Below, piece after piece: positions 18,573 through 28,819 of a DNA stretch of 64,000 nucleotides. Position numbers and translations under genes: made by a program. The stretch comes from Candidatus Omnitrophota bacterium (GTDB lineage: Bacteria > Omnitrophota > Gorgyraeia > Zapsychrales > Fredricksoniimonadaceae), in contig CAWHFJ010000009.1 of assembly GCA_963828495.1 (NCBI GenBank), positions 234,338 through 298,337 on the forward strand, written 5' to 3'. The notes under the pieces were generated by a model. That model did no database searches, had not been told where the DNA came from, and saw only the letters and a list, made by a program, of their open reading frames with translations. The number at the start of each line of letters is the position of its first letter. The stretch's first letter is position 1.

Positions 18573-19809
18573 TTTGTTTGATCAACGCCTCTCCCACCAC
18601 ATGACCGCTGGCCCAGGCCCATTGAAAATTAAAACCACCGATGCGGCCGTCCACATCGAGGATTTCTCCGGCAAAAAATAGACCGGATACGCGTTTAGAT
18701 TCTAACGTTTGTGGATTAATTTCCGCCAAATCAACGCCCCCGGCAGTGACTTCTGCTTTACTATAACCCAAGGCCCCTGTGACATCAAGCGGATATTGTA
18801 AACAGTTGTCCGTCAAACGCCGACGAGCTTGGGCTTGTAATTGATTGATACGCTCTGCTCCTTGAATACCTGACTTTTTTAAAATAACCTCACCCAAACG
18901 TTCGGGCATTAAATCACCCAACACGTTTTTGATGGTCTTGCTCCCGGATTTTTCACGGGTTTGACCTAAATACGCGCGCAAAGAATTTTCATCATGATCT
19001 GGAATAAAATTAACGACCACCTGCTTGCGGCCTTGGGCTCGAAGATAATGGCGGCTGATGTCTAAAACAACCGGACCGGAAAAACCAAAATGCGTAAAAA
19101 GAAAACTGTCACGGCCCCCCAAAAGCCGTTTCCCTTCAGTTAAAAGCGTCAGCCGGACTTCAAGGGTGATTCCTGATAAAGATTTAAAATCCTTGTCCTT
19201 GCTCGTCAAAGGTGTCAGCGCAGGAGATGTTTCAATCATAGAATGCCCAAAAGATTGCGCCAGCCTGTAGCCTATCCCGTCACTGCCGGTGGCAGGATAG
19301 GATAAGCCACCTGTGGTCAAGACCACCTTCTTGGCCTGATAACGAAAATGGTCCCCTTGGAGGATGAACTCATTCTTGTCAATCCTGGCAGCCTTAACTT
19401 TATGCCCGCATAAAAGTGTAATATTCGGCTGCGTATTAATCTTACGCAAAAATGCCTCAAGAATGGTTTTCCCGGAATGAGTGGAAGGGAAATATTTGCC
19501 CGTGGCCTCAAGGACCAACTCAACGCCTAAATCTTGAAAAAACCGTATGGTGTCTGCCTGGCCAAAAGAGCGCAAAATATGACGCACATCAATGATCCGC
19601 TCGCTGTTAAAATCCTTTTCGCTGACAGCTTTGTTGGTGACGTTGCAACGGGTCCCTCCGGACATTAAAATTTTTGCACCCACTTGTGGTTGACCTTCTA
19701 ACACAAGAACGGACAAACCGCTCTTAGCGGCACTAATCGCCGTCATGAGACCTGCAGCCCCGGCACCGACTATGATGACGTCATAAATCATGACCAATTT
19801 CCTTAACAT
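18556..19809 (-). CDS. HI0933/YhiN-family FAD-dependent oxidoreductase
   Basis: YDVIIVGAGAAGLMTAISAAK...GAKILMSGGTRCNVTN...FAGEILDVDGRIGGFNFQWAW. Confidence 0.85.
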   Translation of the reverse strand: MLRKLVMIYDVIIVGAGAAGLMTAISAAKSGLSVLVLEGQPQVGAKILMSGGTRCNVTNKAVSEKDFNSERIIDVRHILRSFGQADTIRFFQDLGVELVLEATGKYFPSTHSGKTILEAFLRKINTQPNITLLCGHKVKAARIDKNEFILQGDHFRYQAKKVVLTTGGLSYPATGSDGIGYRLAQSFGHSMIETSPALTPLTSKDKDFKSLSGITLEVRLTLLTEGKRLLGGRDSFLFTHFGFSGPVVLDISRHYLRAQGRKQVVVNFIPDHDENSLRAYLGQTREKSGSKTIKNVLGDLMPERLGEVILKKSGIQGAERINQLQAQARRRLTDNCLQYPLDVTGALGYSKAEVTAGGVDLAEINPQTLESKRVSGLFFAGEILDVDGRIGGFNFQWAWASGHVVGEALIKQSPACR

Positions 19810-20081
19810 TCACTTCTCTCAACTGCCCCGGCGTCGAGTGTCCCCAGTGTTAACTTTCCAAAAGCCATGCGTTTAAGGGCCGTCACCTCGGAGCCCAGCG
19901 CTTCAAACATGCGGCGGATTTCGCGGTTTTTCCCTTCGCAAAGTTCTATGATCAAATGCGATTCTTTATGGCTGACTTTACGCAACGTGATCTTGGACGC
20001 TTTGAGCTTCTCTCCTTTATCTTCGATCCCTTCTGATAAACGCCGGATATGTTCATCCGTGATTTTGCCTTGCACCGTCAC
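19803..20081 (-). CDS. RsuA/RluB-family pseudouridine synthase, C-terminal fragment
   Basis: EGKNREIRRMFEALG...L.R..FG. It continues 20104..20490 after a frame shift near 20085-20110. Confidence 0.75.
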   Translation of the reverse strand: MTVQGKITDEHIRRLSEGIEDKGEKLKASKITLRKVSHKESHLIIELCEGKNREIRRMFEALGSEVTALKRMAFGKLTLGTLDAGAVERSEC

Positions 20082-20103
20082 GGTATAGGTGCGGGGAATT
20101 TTA

Positions 20104-20490
20104 TTATCCGGACAGGTTAAAAAATGTAGACAGCTGCGTGTCTGTCGTCATTAATAATAAGCCTGTGGTGGCCATATCTAAACGTCCGACGGGGTGAAGA
20201 TGGCGCAAGTGCTCCGGCAATAAATCATACACGCTCTTGCGGCCTTTCTCATCGGATTTGGTGGTCACAACCCCGCGGGGCTTATACAGCATAATGGTAC
20301 AAAAAGCCGCCCTGGCCACACTTTTTCCGTCGACGGTAATACGGACTTTTTCCGGGACCACCCTAAATGCAGGGTCACGAATGACCTGGCCATTGACCGT
20401 GATACGGCCCGCTTCGACTAACCGTTTGGTCTGCGCACGGGACACTATGCCTAATTTGGATAACGCGCGCTCTAAAGGAACTTGACCCAT
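20104..20490 (-). CDS. RsuA/RluB-family pseudouridine synthase, N-terminal fragment (S4 domain plus catalytic Asp region)
   Basis: LSKLGIVSRAQTKRLVEAGRITVNG is the S4 domain and VGRLDMATTGLLLMT is the catalytic motif. Confidence 0.8.
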   Translation of the reverse strand: MGQVPLERALSKLGIVSRAQTKRLVEAGRITVNGQVIRDPAFRVVPEKVRITVDGKSVARAAFCTIMLYKPRGVVTTKSDEKGRKSVYDLLPEHLRHLHPVGRLDMATTGLLLMTTDTQLSTFFNLSG

Positions 20491-21398
20491 AATCCCACCA
20501 GGAAACTCTCCTTAAAACTATTACTGCCACAAAAATCCTCATCTTGACCTAGCCGTTCAATACGCCCCACCCGTCGTCCGTTAAGATTACGGGCTAACAT
20601 GTCCTCCAAATCCGCGTAGCTGATTTCACTATAATTAGTGCTTATCAACAACTTCCCGCCGGGATTTAAAACCGCCACGGCCATCGCTATTAATGGCGGC
20701 AAGTTGCGCCTAACCTGAAACACTTGGGTGCCATGACGCGCAAAGGAAGGAGGGTCGAGAATGATCACATCAAAGCTATGGCCCTTTTTTAACGCCCGCT
20801 TAAGATAGAACGTTGAATCCGCCTTAACTAATTCTCGCTCAGCGAGTGAAAAATCATTGAGAGCATAATTGTCTCTGCCGCGTTCCAGGACTTTTCGGCT
20901 GATATCCGTATTGACGACCTCGCCGGCACCCCCAGCGCGGGCATAAACGCCAAAAGAACAGGTATAGGCAAAACAATTCAGCACTTTTTTTCCCTTACAA
21001 GCCTCTTGGACCATAGTACGATTGTGCCGCATGTCTAAAAACAACCCGCAATTAAGCCCTTCATCCAGATTGACTTTAAAGTTAAGATTGTGCTCTCGTA
21101 CAATTGTTTCAGGATTAGTCCCTATCAAAGTTTCCGCTTGTAGGTGAAGACCCCGACGGGTCTTGACGATCAAATAATCCACCGGCATAGCGGAGGTTAA
21201 AATGCGCTGGATTTCATCTTGATGGCGTAGCCAACGCTCATTGAGCATCTGGATCTGAATATGCCTATCGTAGCGGTCAATCAACAACCCGTCTAAGTTG
21301 TCCCCCCTGCCGTTGACCAAACGCAGGGCATTGGTAACTTTCAACATTTTCTCACGGCGGGCAATCGCCTTGTTAAGGGAATTCTGTAAAGGAATCAT
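20472..21398 (-). CDS. class I SAM-dependent rRNA methyltransferase (RlmI/RlmK-like)
   Basis: VLNCFAYTCSFGVYA...VVNTDIS...IILDPPSFA. Confidence 0.75.
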   Translation of the reverse strand: MIPLQNSLNKAIARREKMLKVTNALRLVNGRGDNLDGLLIDRYDRHIQIQMLNERWLRHQDEIQRILTSAMPVDYLIVKTRRGLHLQAETLIGTNPETIVREHNLNFKVNLDEGLNCGLFLDMRHNRTMVQEACKGKKVLNCFAYTCSFGVYARAGGAGEVVNTDISRKVLERGRDNYALNDFSLAERELVKADSTFYLKRALKKGHSFDVIILDPPSFARHGTQVFQVRRNLPPLIAMAVAVLNPGGKLLISTNYSEISYADLEDMLARNLNGRRVGRIERLGQDEDFCGSNSFKESFLVGLWVKFL

Positions 21399-22453
21399 GG
21401 ATGATCTTTTAGAATTTCTGCGATTCTCTTGCGGCAGGTGCCCTCAGGACAATCCAAAAACGACAAACCCAGCCTGCGCTCTACAATATCTTCCATATTT
21501 TGCGCCATCTCGACATCCCGCGCGTAAACGACCTGCGCGGCAATGGTCGGCGAACAGGAACAAATCTTCTCCTTCAGCCGTTTGTTCTCCCGGGTGAGGT
21601 TGAGCACATCGATAAAACGGCCGCCGTAAACGTCCTGCAGAAAACGCAGCAGATCAATAGAAACCTCAAAACGCTGGCTTAAAATCTTAAGTTCTTCATT
21701 CACCCCTAAGCTGCCGTAAAGAGTAAACTCTCCGGCATACGGCATTTTGGATGCAAAAGAAGGCAACGCTTTAGCTACCGCCTCCTCGGCAATGGCGCGA
21801 TACGTGGTGTATTTGCCGCCCATCACAAAATAAATACCGGAAGAATGACATTCTAGGGCATGTTTGCGGGAAATGCGCGACGGGTGTCCCGCATCCGCCA
21901 CCAAAGGCCTTAATCCTGCAAAAGTCGTAATGATTTTGGAGCGGTCAAAATTAATATGCGGAAAAACTCTGGACGCTTCCTGCAATAAATACTGGATATC
22001 TTTCTCTTCGACCTGAACGCTGTCAGCACTCTGGTCATAATCCGTATCTGTCGTACCTATCAAAGAGTTGCCTTTAAAAGGGATCACGAAAAAAACACGC
22101 CTGTCCTGGCGGCTTTGCACTAAAAAAGCGCTGGGAGAAATTTGTCCGCGATAAACAATATGCACACCCTTGGTCGGCCGCAGACGCCTGACAGAGCGCG
22201 GTACATCTTTTTGAATCAAGGCATCCGCCCACGGTCCCGCCGCCACAATAATTTTGGGGGCCAAAATATCCATCTGTGTCCCCGTCAACACGTCCCGCGC
22301 CTTAACACCGACGGCGCGATTGTGTGTCTTGATAAAGCTCTCCACTTCTATATAGTTCGCGACCGTCGCCCCCTGTTTATCCGCCATCAGGACATTTTCC
22401 AGAACAAGCCTTGCATCGTCCATTTGCGTGTCAAAGTATTCCACGGCGCCCAC
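21395..22453 (-). CDS. glpD: FAD-dependent glycerol-3-phosphate dehydrogenase, C-terminal fragment
   Basis: VEYFDTQMDDARLVLENV...GLRPL. In this frame the coding sequence actually continues up to about 22545 (..DLLSGKYSIGHYRFLSPGDV..). Confidence 0.8.
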   Translation of the reverse strand: MGAVEYFDTQMDDARLVLENVLMADKQGATVANYIEVESFIKTHNRAVGVKARDVLTGTQMDILAPKIIVAAGPWADALIQKDVPRSVRRLRPTKGVHIVYRGQISPSAFLVQSRQDRRVFFVIPFKGNSLIGTTDTDYDQSADSVQVEEKDIQYLLQEASRVFPHINFDRSKIITTFAGLRPLVADAGHPSRISRKHALECHSSGIYFVMGGKYTTYRAIAEEAVAKALPSFASKMPYAGEFTLYGSLGVNEELKILSQRFEVSIDLLRFLQDVYGGRFIDVLNLTRENKRLKEKICSCSPTIAAQVVYARDVEMAQNMEDIVERRLGLSFLDCPEGTCRKRIAEILKDHP

Positions 22454-22547
22454 TAACCCGTCCGTATTAATCCCCGGGGCCAGAGCTGTGACATCGCCGG
22501 GCGATAAAAACCGATAATGGCCGATGCTGTATTTGCCGCTTAAAAGA

Positions 22548-22955
22548 TCAGTAAAGCCAAACGCCCACTTGCATCATCCACAAAGGCCTCGCGTCTTTTT
22601 TATACACCGGAATGACAAACGGCAGGAGTTTAACTAAATGAGGTGCGGTCTGCCACTGGATATAACGTTCTTTTAAAGATTCATGGACCAAGTCGAATTC
22701 AAAATGCTCCAAATAGCGGATACCCCCATGCAGGAGTTTGGTGGATTTGCTGGATGTGCCGCTGGCGAAATCCTTTTTTTCCAACAAGGCGACCGTAGCG
22801 CCGCAGGCCGCAGCCAAATTAGCAATGGCCGCCCCATTAATGCCGCCGCCCACCACAATCAAATCGTATTGTCTTTTAGAAAAAAGTGACGTATCCCGAA
22901 TCATTGAGTCTCCCCCCTGCCTTAGTGTGTCAAAACCTGCCGTACGGCGTGGCAC
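22548..22955 (-). CDS. glpD: FAD-dependent glycerol-3-phosphate dehydrogenase, N-terminal fragment
   Basis: YDLIVVGGGINGAAIA...ASGTSSKSTKLLHGGIRYLE. There is one extra base near 22547-22552. Confidence 0.8.
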   Translation of the reverse strand: MPRRTAGFDTLRQGGDSMIRDTSLFSKRQYDLIVVGGGINGAAIANLAAACGATVALLEKKDFASGTSSKSTKLLHGGIRYLEHFEFDLVHESLKERYIQWQTAPHLVKLLPFVIPVYKKDARPLWMMQVGVWLY

Positions 22956-23740
22956 CAGCCTTGATATTTAGATTGCGCCGCGGAGCGTGACATGCGAGGC
23001 TTAAAGGTCCGCTCGATCGTTTTAAGTTTAAGGACATCCTGCGGTGTCCACAAACCAATAGAGACGCCTGCCAAATACGCGGCCCCGGCCACGGTTGAGT
23101 CGACCATGGCAGGCCTGACAATAGGAATACCCAGCATATCCGCCTGAAACTGCATAAGAAAATTATTGCGGCTGGCCCCTCCGTCCACACTCAAAGATTT
23201 AATGTTAAGCCCTGATTCCCGATGCATAAGGTCAAACACGTCCTTGGTCTGATAGGCCATGGATTCCAAGGCCGCGCGCACCATATGCCGTGCATTCGTC
23301 CCGCGAGACAAGCCCGTGATGATGCCTCTCGCATCCGCCTTCCAATAGGGCGCCCCCAAACCTACCAAAGCCGGCACCAGATAGACCCCTCCTGTATCTT
23401 CAAGGCCATGGATCATTTTTTCCGTCGAAGATGAATCTTTAATGATCTTTAATTCATCCCGTAACCATTGGATGATGGCCCCGGCAATAAATATGGACCC
23501 CTCCAAAACATAAACCGGAGCGCCTAAACTATCGCAGCCTAAGGTCGTCAAAAGACCACCTTTAGAATACACCCATCGAGTCCCCGTATTGAGCAACATA
23601 AAACAGCCTGTCCCATAGGTATTCTTGATCGTCCCCGGCGCAAAACATCCCTGCCCATAAAGGGACGCCTGCTGGTCTCCCATCACAGCGCTGATGGGAA
23701 TGCCTGCCGGCAAACCGGCGATACTTAGCCGTAAAGCCAA
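22922..23740 (-). CDS. glpK: glycerol kinase, C-terminal fragment
   Basis: [29 protein letters not shown]...[17 protein letters not shown]. Confidence 0.9.
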   Translation of the reverse strand: MALRLSIAGLPAGIPISAVMGDQQASLYGQGCFAPGTIKNTYGTGCFMLLNTGTRWVYSKGGLLTTLGCDSLGAPVYVLEGSIFIAGAIIQWLRDELKIIKDSSSTEKMIHGLEDTGGVYLVPALVGLGAPYWKADARGIITGLSRGTNARHMVRAALESMAYQTKDVFDLMHRESGLNIKSLSVDGGASRNNFLMQFQADMLGIPIVRPAMVDSTVAGAAYLAGVSIGLWTPQDVLKLKTIERTFKPRMSRSAAQSKYQGWCHAVRQVLTH

Positions 23741-24398
23741 ATACCGACGAAGAAGGCAGGACCCGAGGTAAAATATTTTCCGGAATATGTAATAATTTTA
23801 ATAACGGCTGGCTCCAGGTTTTAGTCTTGATATTAAAAATCAGCGTTCGACTGGCATTGGTCATGTCTGTGACGTGAGACGCCCCGCCGGTCAATCGGTA
23901 AATAAGCCAGGAGTCTATGGTGCCAAAGGCGACTTGCCCGCCGGCGGCTTTGCGCCGCAGGCCGAGGTGATCTAATAACCATTGAATTTTAGTGCCTGAG
24001 AAATACGCATCCACGACTAAACCCGTTGTCCTGCGAAATAAACGCTCATGGCGTTTTAGCCGGGCACAGGCCTGTGCCGTACGCCGGCATTGCCAGACAA
24101 TGGCATGATAAAAAGGTTTGCCCGTCTTGCGGTCCCAAAGTACCGTGGTCTCGCGCTGATTAGTAATGCCGATCGCGGCAATGGACTTGGGATCAATGCG
24201 GGCATGCGCCAGTGCCAAACGGATCACCTTGTCAACAGAGGCCCATATTTCACACGCATCATGCTCAACCCAGCCGGGCTTGGGATAATACTGCTTGAAT
24301 TCCTGATAGGCGCTGGCAACCACACGGCCCTGAGAGTCAAAAATAAACGCCCTCGAACCCGTCGTGCCCTGATCAATGGCAAGGATATGTTTTTTCAT
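23562..24398 (-). CDS. glpK: glycerol kinase, N-terminal fragment
   Basis: [17 protein letters not shown]...[12 protein letters not shown]...[13 protein letters not shown]. The frame is lost near 23745. Confidence 0.9.
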   Translation of the reverse strand: MKKHILAIDQGTTGSRAFIFDSQGRVVASAYQEFKQYYPKPGWVEHDACEIWASVDKVIRLALAHARIDPKSIAAIGITNQRETTVLWDRKTGKPFYHAIVWQCRRTAQACARLKRHERLFRRTTGLVVDAYFSGTKIQWLLDHLGLRRKAAGGQVAFGTIDSWLIYRLTGGASHVTDMTNASRTLIFNIKTKTWSQPLLKLLHIPENILPRVLPSSSVFGFTAKYRRFAGRHSHQRCDGRPAGVPLWAGMFCAGDDQEYLWDRLFYVAQYGDSMGVF

Positions 24399-24407
24399 AT
24401 GTTCTCG

Positions 24408-25112
24408 CTACTGACTTAGCCTTTTTTTATTAGCCTCAAATCCCGCTGGACCCAAAACATGTTTGGCCAGCAGGTCTTTGTCCATGCCATTGTCAAAATC
24501 ATAATCCATAATAGCCACCATTTGTAACAATTCCCAAAAAGGCCGGTACAGCATGTCCGGATTTTGCGTGGCCATCTGATCGATCATCTGCACATAATAC
24601 ACCGGCTCTTTATTAATCTTGACGCCCTGCTTATGGAAACGGTCAATGTATTCGGAGACTGTCAAAACTTTGGCCTGATTGTCCACCAACAACGTCCACA
24701 CCGTTGCTCTCTTGTCCAACTTTTTCCAAACTTCGGCAAGGTCCACCACGTCTTGGGTCTCTGTCTTGGGCGCGGCTGTAGGCGTGACGGATGTGGGCTG
24801 GGTTGGCGCCTCCAGAGAAACAGCGCTATGATGGGCGTCGGCAATCGCCCGAGTAAGCGCCTGATTACGCTCTTCAACCTGCTGCTGATACGTGGGTGGC
24901 GCAGGCGCCTGCTGCTGTTGTTTTTGCTGTGCTAAAAGAGCCTGCTGATATTGCAAATAGGCTTGTTCTTCTCTCATGGCCTCCATTTGCATTTGCTGTT
25001 GCTTCATGGCTTTCATTTGTTGCTGGCGTACGATAAGACCCGCGGCATAGGACAACGGCGATGAAAGGAAGAAAATAAAAAAGAAAAGAATTAAAGCCCG
25101 CCATTGGTTCAT
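24408..25112 (-). CDS. hypothetical secreted protein with a Q-rich low-complexity N-terminal half
   Basis: Signal-peptide-like N-terminus (LILFFFIFFLSSPLSYAAG). A 4-nt overlap with lnt suggests co-translation. Confidence 0.6.
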   Translation of the reverse strand: MNQWRALILFFFIFFLSSPLSYAAGLIVRQQQMKAMKQQQMQMEAMREEQAYLQYQQALLAQQKQQQQAPAPPTYQQQVEERNQALTRAIADAHHSAVSLEAPTQPTSVTPTAAPKTETQDVVDLAEVWKKLDKRATVWTLLVDNQAKVLTVSEYIDRFHKQGVKINKEPVYYVQMIDQMATQNPDMLYRPFWELLQMVAIMDYDFDNGMDKDLLAKHVLGPAGFEANKKRLSQ

Positions 25113-26455
25113 CGAATCATTATATCAAAAATTCCAAACCCTTCGCGGCCTAATTTAAGATTCACGTCCTGGTGAATATGTCCATCCGGATCCACGGCAA
25201 AACTCAACCCCGTATTGGCCGCGCGTATGACCCACATTCTGTTTTCCACCGCGCGCATCACCGCCGCCTGCGCATGAAGCATATAGGACGCCCTGTCTGT
25301 AAACCATCCGTCGTTAGAGATCTCCACCAAGAACTGCGCTCCTGCCTGACGCAGTTGACGCACCATAGCAGGATGCGCGGATTCGGAACAAATCACCACC
25401 CCGAAACGCAAAAGGTTGCCGCTCAGCCTCATCACTGAGGGCTTATTCCCGGCACTCAAATGATATCCCCTGCCCCAATCCATACCCCATGCAGACAACG
25501 GCGTATATTCAGCAAAAGGCACCAAAGCTTGTTTATGATACAAGCCTTTGATTTGGCCATTGGCCCCAATAAGCAAGGCACTGTTATACTCTTTACCGTC
25601 GATAATAGGCGCTATCCCGACTAAAAGATCTGCGTGTCTGTCGATCGCTTCTTGAAAAATAATCGGACGCCATTGGGCGCTTGTCAAAAGATCGTCCGGA
25701 AATGCGGTTTCCGGCCAGATGACTAAATCCGGATGAGCGCGCAGAAAAGATTGTTCCGTCAGACGCAAATGGATCTCGGCATTGCGGTCAAACAGATTTG
25801 AATCCATTTTTTCCAAGGGAGAAATATTCGCCTGTATAACGCCCACGCGCACCACGGTCGCCTCCGACACAGGCGTGTCTTGTTTAAGGCGTCCCGCCAA
25901 AGGTAGGCTCAAAAAAATAATCCCGGCGGCCAATCCATAATAAAAACGATGCCGAGCCCGAAGGGTCCCCAAATAAATCAATGTGTTGACCAAAAAAATG
26001 ATCCCACTCATGCCCAAGCACCCCACCGTGCCGTACAATTGCAGCATCAGCGGGCAAAAAGCCTGGGCATGACTGATGGTAAAACTAAACCCTCCTAATA
26101 AAATGTTACGCAGCCACTCGCTGACAGACCAAAGCAACGGGTAATAAACAATGTCCCCCCCGATATGCCCCGTGGATCTAAAAAAACAGGCGAACACCCA
26201 TGCCTGCACGCTCAAGCCTAAAACAAAAATAAAAAAGCCCATGGGAGAAATAGCATACACGCCCTGCGCCATAAGCCCGTAGGCGCCTAAACCAAAAAGA
26301 ACTCCTAACCCTAACCGTTTCTTCAAGGGCTTCTCGTGCAAAGCCAACAGCAGCGGCACGGCAAAAAACCAGATGCACGGCCATAAGCCGTAAATAAAAA
26401 ATCGATTGGGAAAAGCAAGGTAAAAAATAAAGGCGGATAAGAGAGTGAGCAGCAT
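25109..26455 (-). CDS. lnt: apolipoprotein N-acyltransferase
   Basis: Multi-TM N-terminus plus a CN-hydrolase domain with WPETAFP, HKQALVPFAEYTP and VVICSES (the E-K-C triad context). Confidence 0.85.
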   Translation of the reverse strand: MLLTLLSAFIFYLAFPNRFFIYGLWPCIWFFAVPLLLALHEKPLKKRLGLGVLFGLGAYGLMAQGVYAISPMGFFIFVLGLSVQAWVFACFFRSTGHIGGDIVYYPLLWSVSEWLRNILLGGFSFTISHAQAFCPLMLQLYGTVGCLGMSGIIFLVNTLIYLGTLRARHRFYYGLAAGIIFLSLPLAGRLKQDTPVSEATVVRVGVIQANISPLEKMDSNLFDRNAEIHLRLTEQSFLRAHPDLVIWPETAFPDDLLTSAQWRPIIFQEAIDRHADLLVGIAPIIDGKEYNSALLIGANGQIKGLYHKQALVPFAEYTPLSAWGMDWGRGYHLSAGNKPSVMRLSGNLLRFGVVICSESAHPAMVRQLRQAGAQFLVEISNDGWFTDRASYMLHAQAAVMRAVENRMWVIRAANTGLSFAVDPDGHIHQDVNLKLGREGFGIFDIMIR

Positions 26456-26485
26456 GTAGCGCGTGTGAAGATTCTTTACATTAGT

Positions 26486-26661
26486 ATGGAGGAGTAGCTA
26501 TTAGGTATTCGGCACATTAAAGAATTTTTCGCCAAATGTCTGCGAGGCTTTATGGCAAAAATGTTCCAAATATACTAAGGATGCTTTAGAACATTGTTGC
26601 CATAAACCGAAGCAGACGGCGAAAATATTCCGTGCCGAATACCTAATAGCTACTCCTCCAT
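26486..26661. repeat. 176-bp long imperfect palindrome with perfect 30-bp terminal inverted repeats (MITE-like or long RNA hairpin)
   Basis: ATGGAGGAGTAGCTATTAGGTATTCGGCAC at 26486-26515 equals the reverse complement of 26632-26661. The interior is also largely self-complementary. Confidence 0.75.
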
Positions 26662-26683
26662 CATTAACGAATAGCTTCAAGCT

Positions 26684-27235
26684 TTACTTCGCTTGTCCGG
26701 CGCTCTTGCCCTGAACATTCCCTGCGGCCGGCGGAACTTCGCCCTTTTTGGCCGGGGTAAATTGCTCATCCGGGATATCAATAAGCTCGTGCAACAACGC
26801 TGCTGATTTAAGCATATTGGCACTGTCCTGCTGGGCCTGGAAAATTTCCACACTATGACGAGCCGCCAAAACCGCGGGTAATTTCTTACCGGCCATTTTA
26901 TTGGCAATGCTCAACATATAAAACATCGTCCCGTTGTCCGGGAAAGCCCTGGCCGCCTGATCAAGAAAATCTGCGGCATGGTCATACTCTTCGATCTTCA
27001 ACAGGATTTGCCCGAGAAGCAAATACGCTTCCGGCTCTGAAGGATTGATCTTCATGGATGTTTGAAGGTCAATGATAGCGGATTTTAAATCTTTATTTTG
27101 CAAATCCGCAAAACTTTTCAAAATCAATTTGTGCCCGACATCTTTTTTCTGATCAATTTCCGCCTGTTGCGAGGCTTGTTGCTGACAGCCGGCCAAACTT
27201 AAAAAGGCTATTAAAATAAAAACGGTTTTTTTCAT
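26684..27235 (-). CDS. TPR-repeat lipoprotein
   Basis: Lipobox FLSLAGC follows the signal peptide, with TPR-like helical repeats after it. Confidence 0.7.
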   Translation of the reverse strand: MKKTVFILIAFLSLAGCQQQASQQAEIDQKKDVGHKLILKSFADLQNKDLKSAIIDLQTSMKINPSEPEAYLLLGQILLKIEEYDHAADFLDQAARAFPDNGTMFYMLSIANKMAGKKLPAVLAARHSVEIFQAQQDSANMLKSAALLHELIDIPDEQFTPAKKGEVPPAAGNVQGKSAGQAK

Positions 27236-27243
27236 AATTTCTC

Positions 27244-28734
27244 CTATGGTTTTTGTATAGCTTTTTTTGTTAAATAACTATGCACACCTTCAGCCGCGGC
27301 CCGGCCCTCATAAATCGCCCATACCACCAAAGACTGGCCACGGGTCATGTCCCCAGCTGTAAATACACCCTCTACCGACGTCATTTTATGGCTGTCCGCC
27401 GTCACATTGCCTCTCGCATCCAAGGCGACACCCAGTTCTTCCAACATGCCACCCTTAAGAGGCCCTAGGAACCCCATCGCTAAAAGTACTAAGTCACACG
27501 CCACCTCAAAATCCGAGCCCGGGATTTCACTCATCTTCATCTGACCGCTGGCAGGGTCCTTAGACCACTGCAAGCGCACGGCATGCAATTTTTTCAACTT
27601 CCCGTTTTCTCCGCTGAAACGTTTCGTCATAATACTGTAGTCCCGGACACAACCTTCTTCATGGGAACTGGACGTGCGTAAAATAAACGCCCAATTAGGC
27701 CAGGGATTATCCGCTGTGCGTTCTTGCGGAGGCTTAGGCATCAGTTCAAATTGATGCACGCTTAAGGCTTTCTGACGAATGGCGGTGCCTACACAATCCG
27801 AACCCGTGTCCCCTCCGCCTAAAACAATGACCCGTTTACCTTGCGCCGACACGGCTTGCAAAGATGACAATTTCACCTGGGCCATGCTTTGCGCATATTG
27901 GGCCCTGAATTTATCCGCGCTATAATTGTTATTCATTAAATTCTGTTGCGGTAAATAATACATCGCCTGATAAACACCCTCTAATTCTCTGCCCGGCACA
28001 GCCAGCTCGCGCGCCCCCTCAGCCCCGCCGCATAAAACAATGGCATCAAATTTTTCCCGTAATTTCTGCGCGGGCATATCCACCCCGACGTGTACCCCTG
28101 TCTCAAAGACAACCCCCTCGGCGCGCATGCGCTCCACCCGACGCGCAACCACGCTTTTTTCCAATTTAAAATCCGGTATCCCAAGGCTCAGAAGCCCGCC
28201 GATCAATTCATTCTTTTCATAGACCGTCACTTTATGCCCCTTGTGATTCAACTGGTCCGCGCAGGCGAGTCCCGCGGGGCCGGAACCGACCACCGCAACC
28301 TTCATCCCGCTGCGGTGGACGGGAGGGGAAGCCTTCACCCACCCTTGGCCGTAGGCGTGTTCAATAATGGCAAGCTCGATATTTTTAATCGTCACCGCCG
28401 GAGCATTAATGCTCAGCACGCAAGAATTTTCGCAAGGGGCCGGACAAACACGTCCGGTAAATTCCGGAAAATTATTGGTCTTATGCAAACGCTCAAGGGC
28501 TTCCTGCCAGCGGTCACGGTAAACTAAATCATTCCAATCCGGGATGATGTTGCCGATAGGACAACCCGATTGGCAAAACGGGACCCCGCAATCCATACAG
28601 CGAGCGCCCTGGACTTTCAAGTCTTTCTCGGCAGGCAGATGAGTGAACTCTTTATAATTTTTAACTCGCTCGGCAACAGGCTCTCTCGTGTACTCCTGCC
28701 GGTCATACTTCATGAATCCCTTAACGTCGCCCAT
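27244..28734 (-). CDS. gltD: glutamate synthase (NADPH) small subunit
   Basis: CMDCGVPFC...CPAPCE...VAVVGSGPAGLACA...GGGDTGSDC. Confidence 0.95.
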   Translation of the reverse strand: MGDVKGFMKYDRQEYTREPVAERVKNYKEFTHLPAEKDLKVQGARCMDCGVPFCQSGCPIGNIIPDWNDLVYRDRWQEALERLHKTNNFPEFTGRVCPAPCENSCVLSINAPAVTIKNIELAIIEHAYGQGWVKASPPVHRSGMKVAVVGSGPAGLACADQLNHKGHKVTVYEKNELIGGLLSLGIPDFKLEKSVVARRVERMRAEGVVFETGVHVGVDMPAQKLREKFDAIVLCGGAEGARELAVPGRELEGVYQAMYYLPQQNLMNNNYSADKFRAQYAQSMAQVKLSSLQAVSAQGKRVIVLGGGDTGSDCVGTAIRQKALSVHQFELMPKPPQERTADNPWPNWAFILRTSSSHEEGCVRDYSIMTKRFSGENGKLKKLHAVRLQWSKDPASGQMKMSEIPGSDFEVACDLVLLAMGFLGPLKGGMLEELGVALDARGNVTADSHKMTSVEGVFTAGDMTRGQSLVVWAIYEGRAAAEGVHSYLTKKAIQKP

Positions 28735-28749
28735 ATATTCTTCCTTCGC

Positions 28750-28819
28750 GTGTCATTGCGAGCGAAGCGAAGCAATCTTTTAAGAGATTACTTCGTCGCT
28801 ACGCTCCTCGTAATGACAC
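28750..28819. repeat. palindromic GTCATTGCGAG-type repeat element, full inverted pair
   Basis: GTGTCATTGCGAGCGAAGCGAAGCAATC...GATTACTTCGTCGCTACGCTCCTCGTAATGACAC. The right arm supplies the last codons of gltB (..SLRGA*). Confidence 0.7.
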
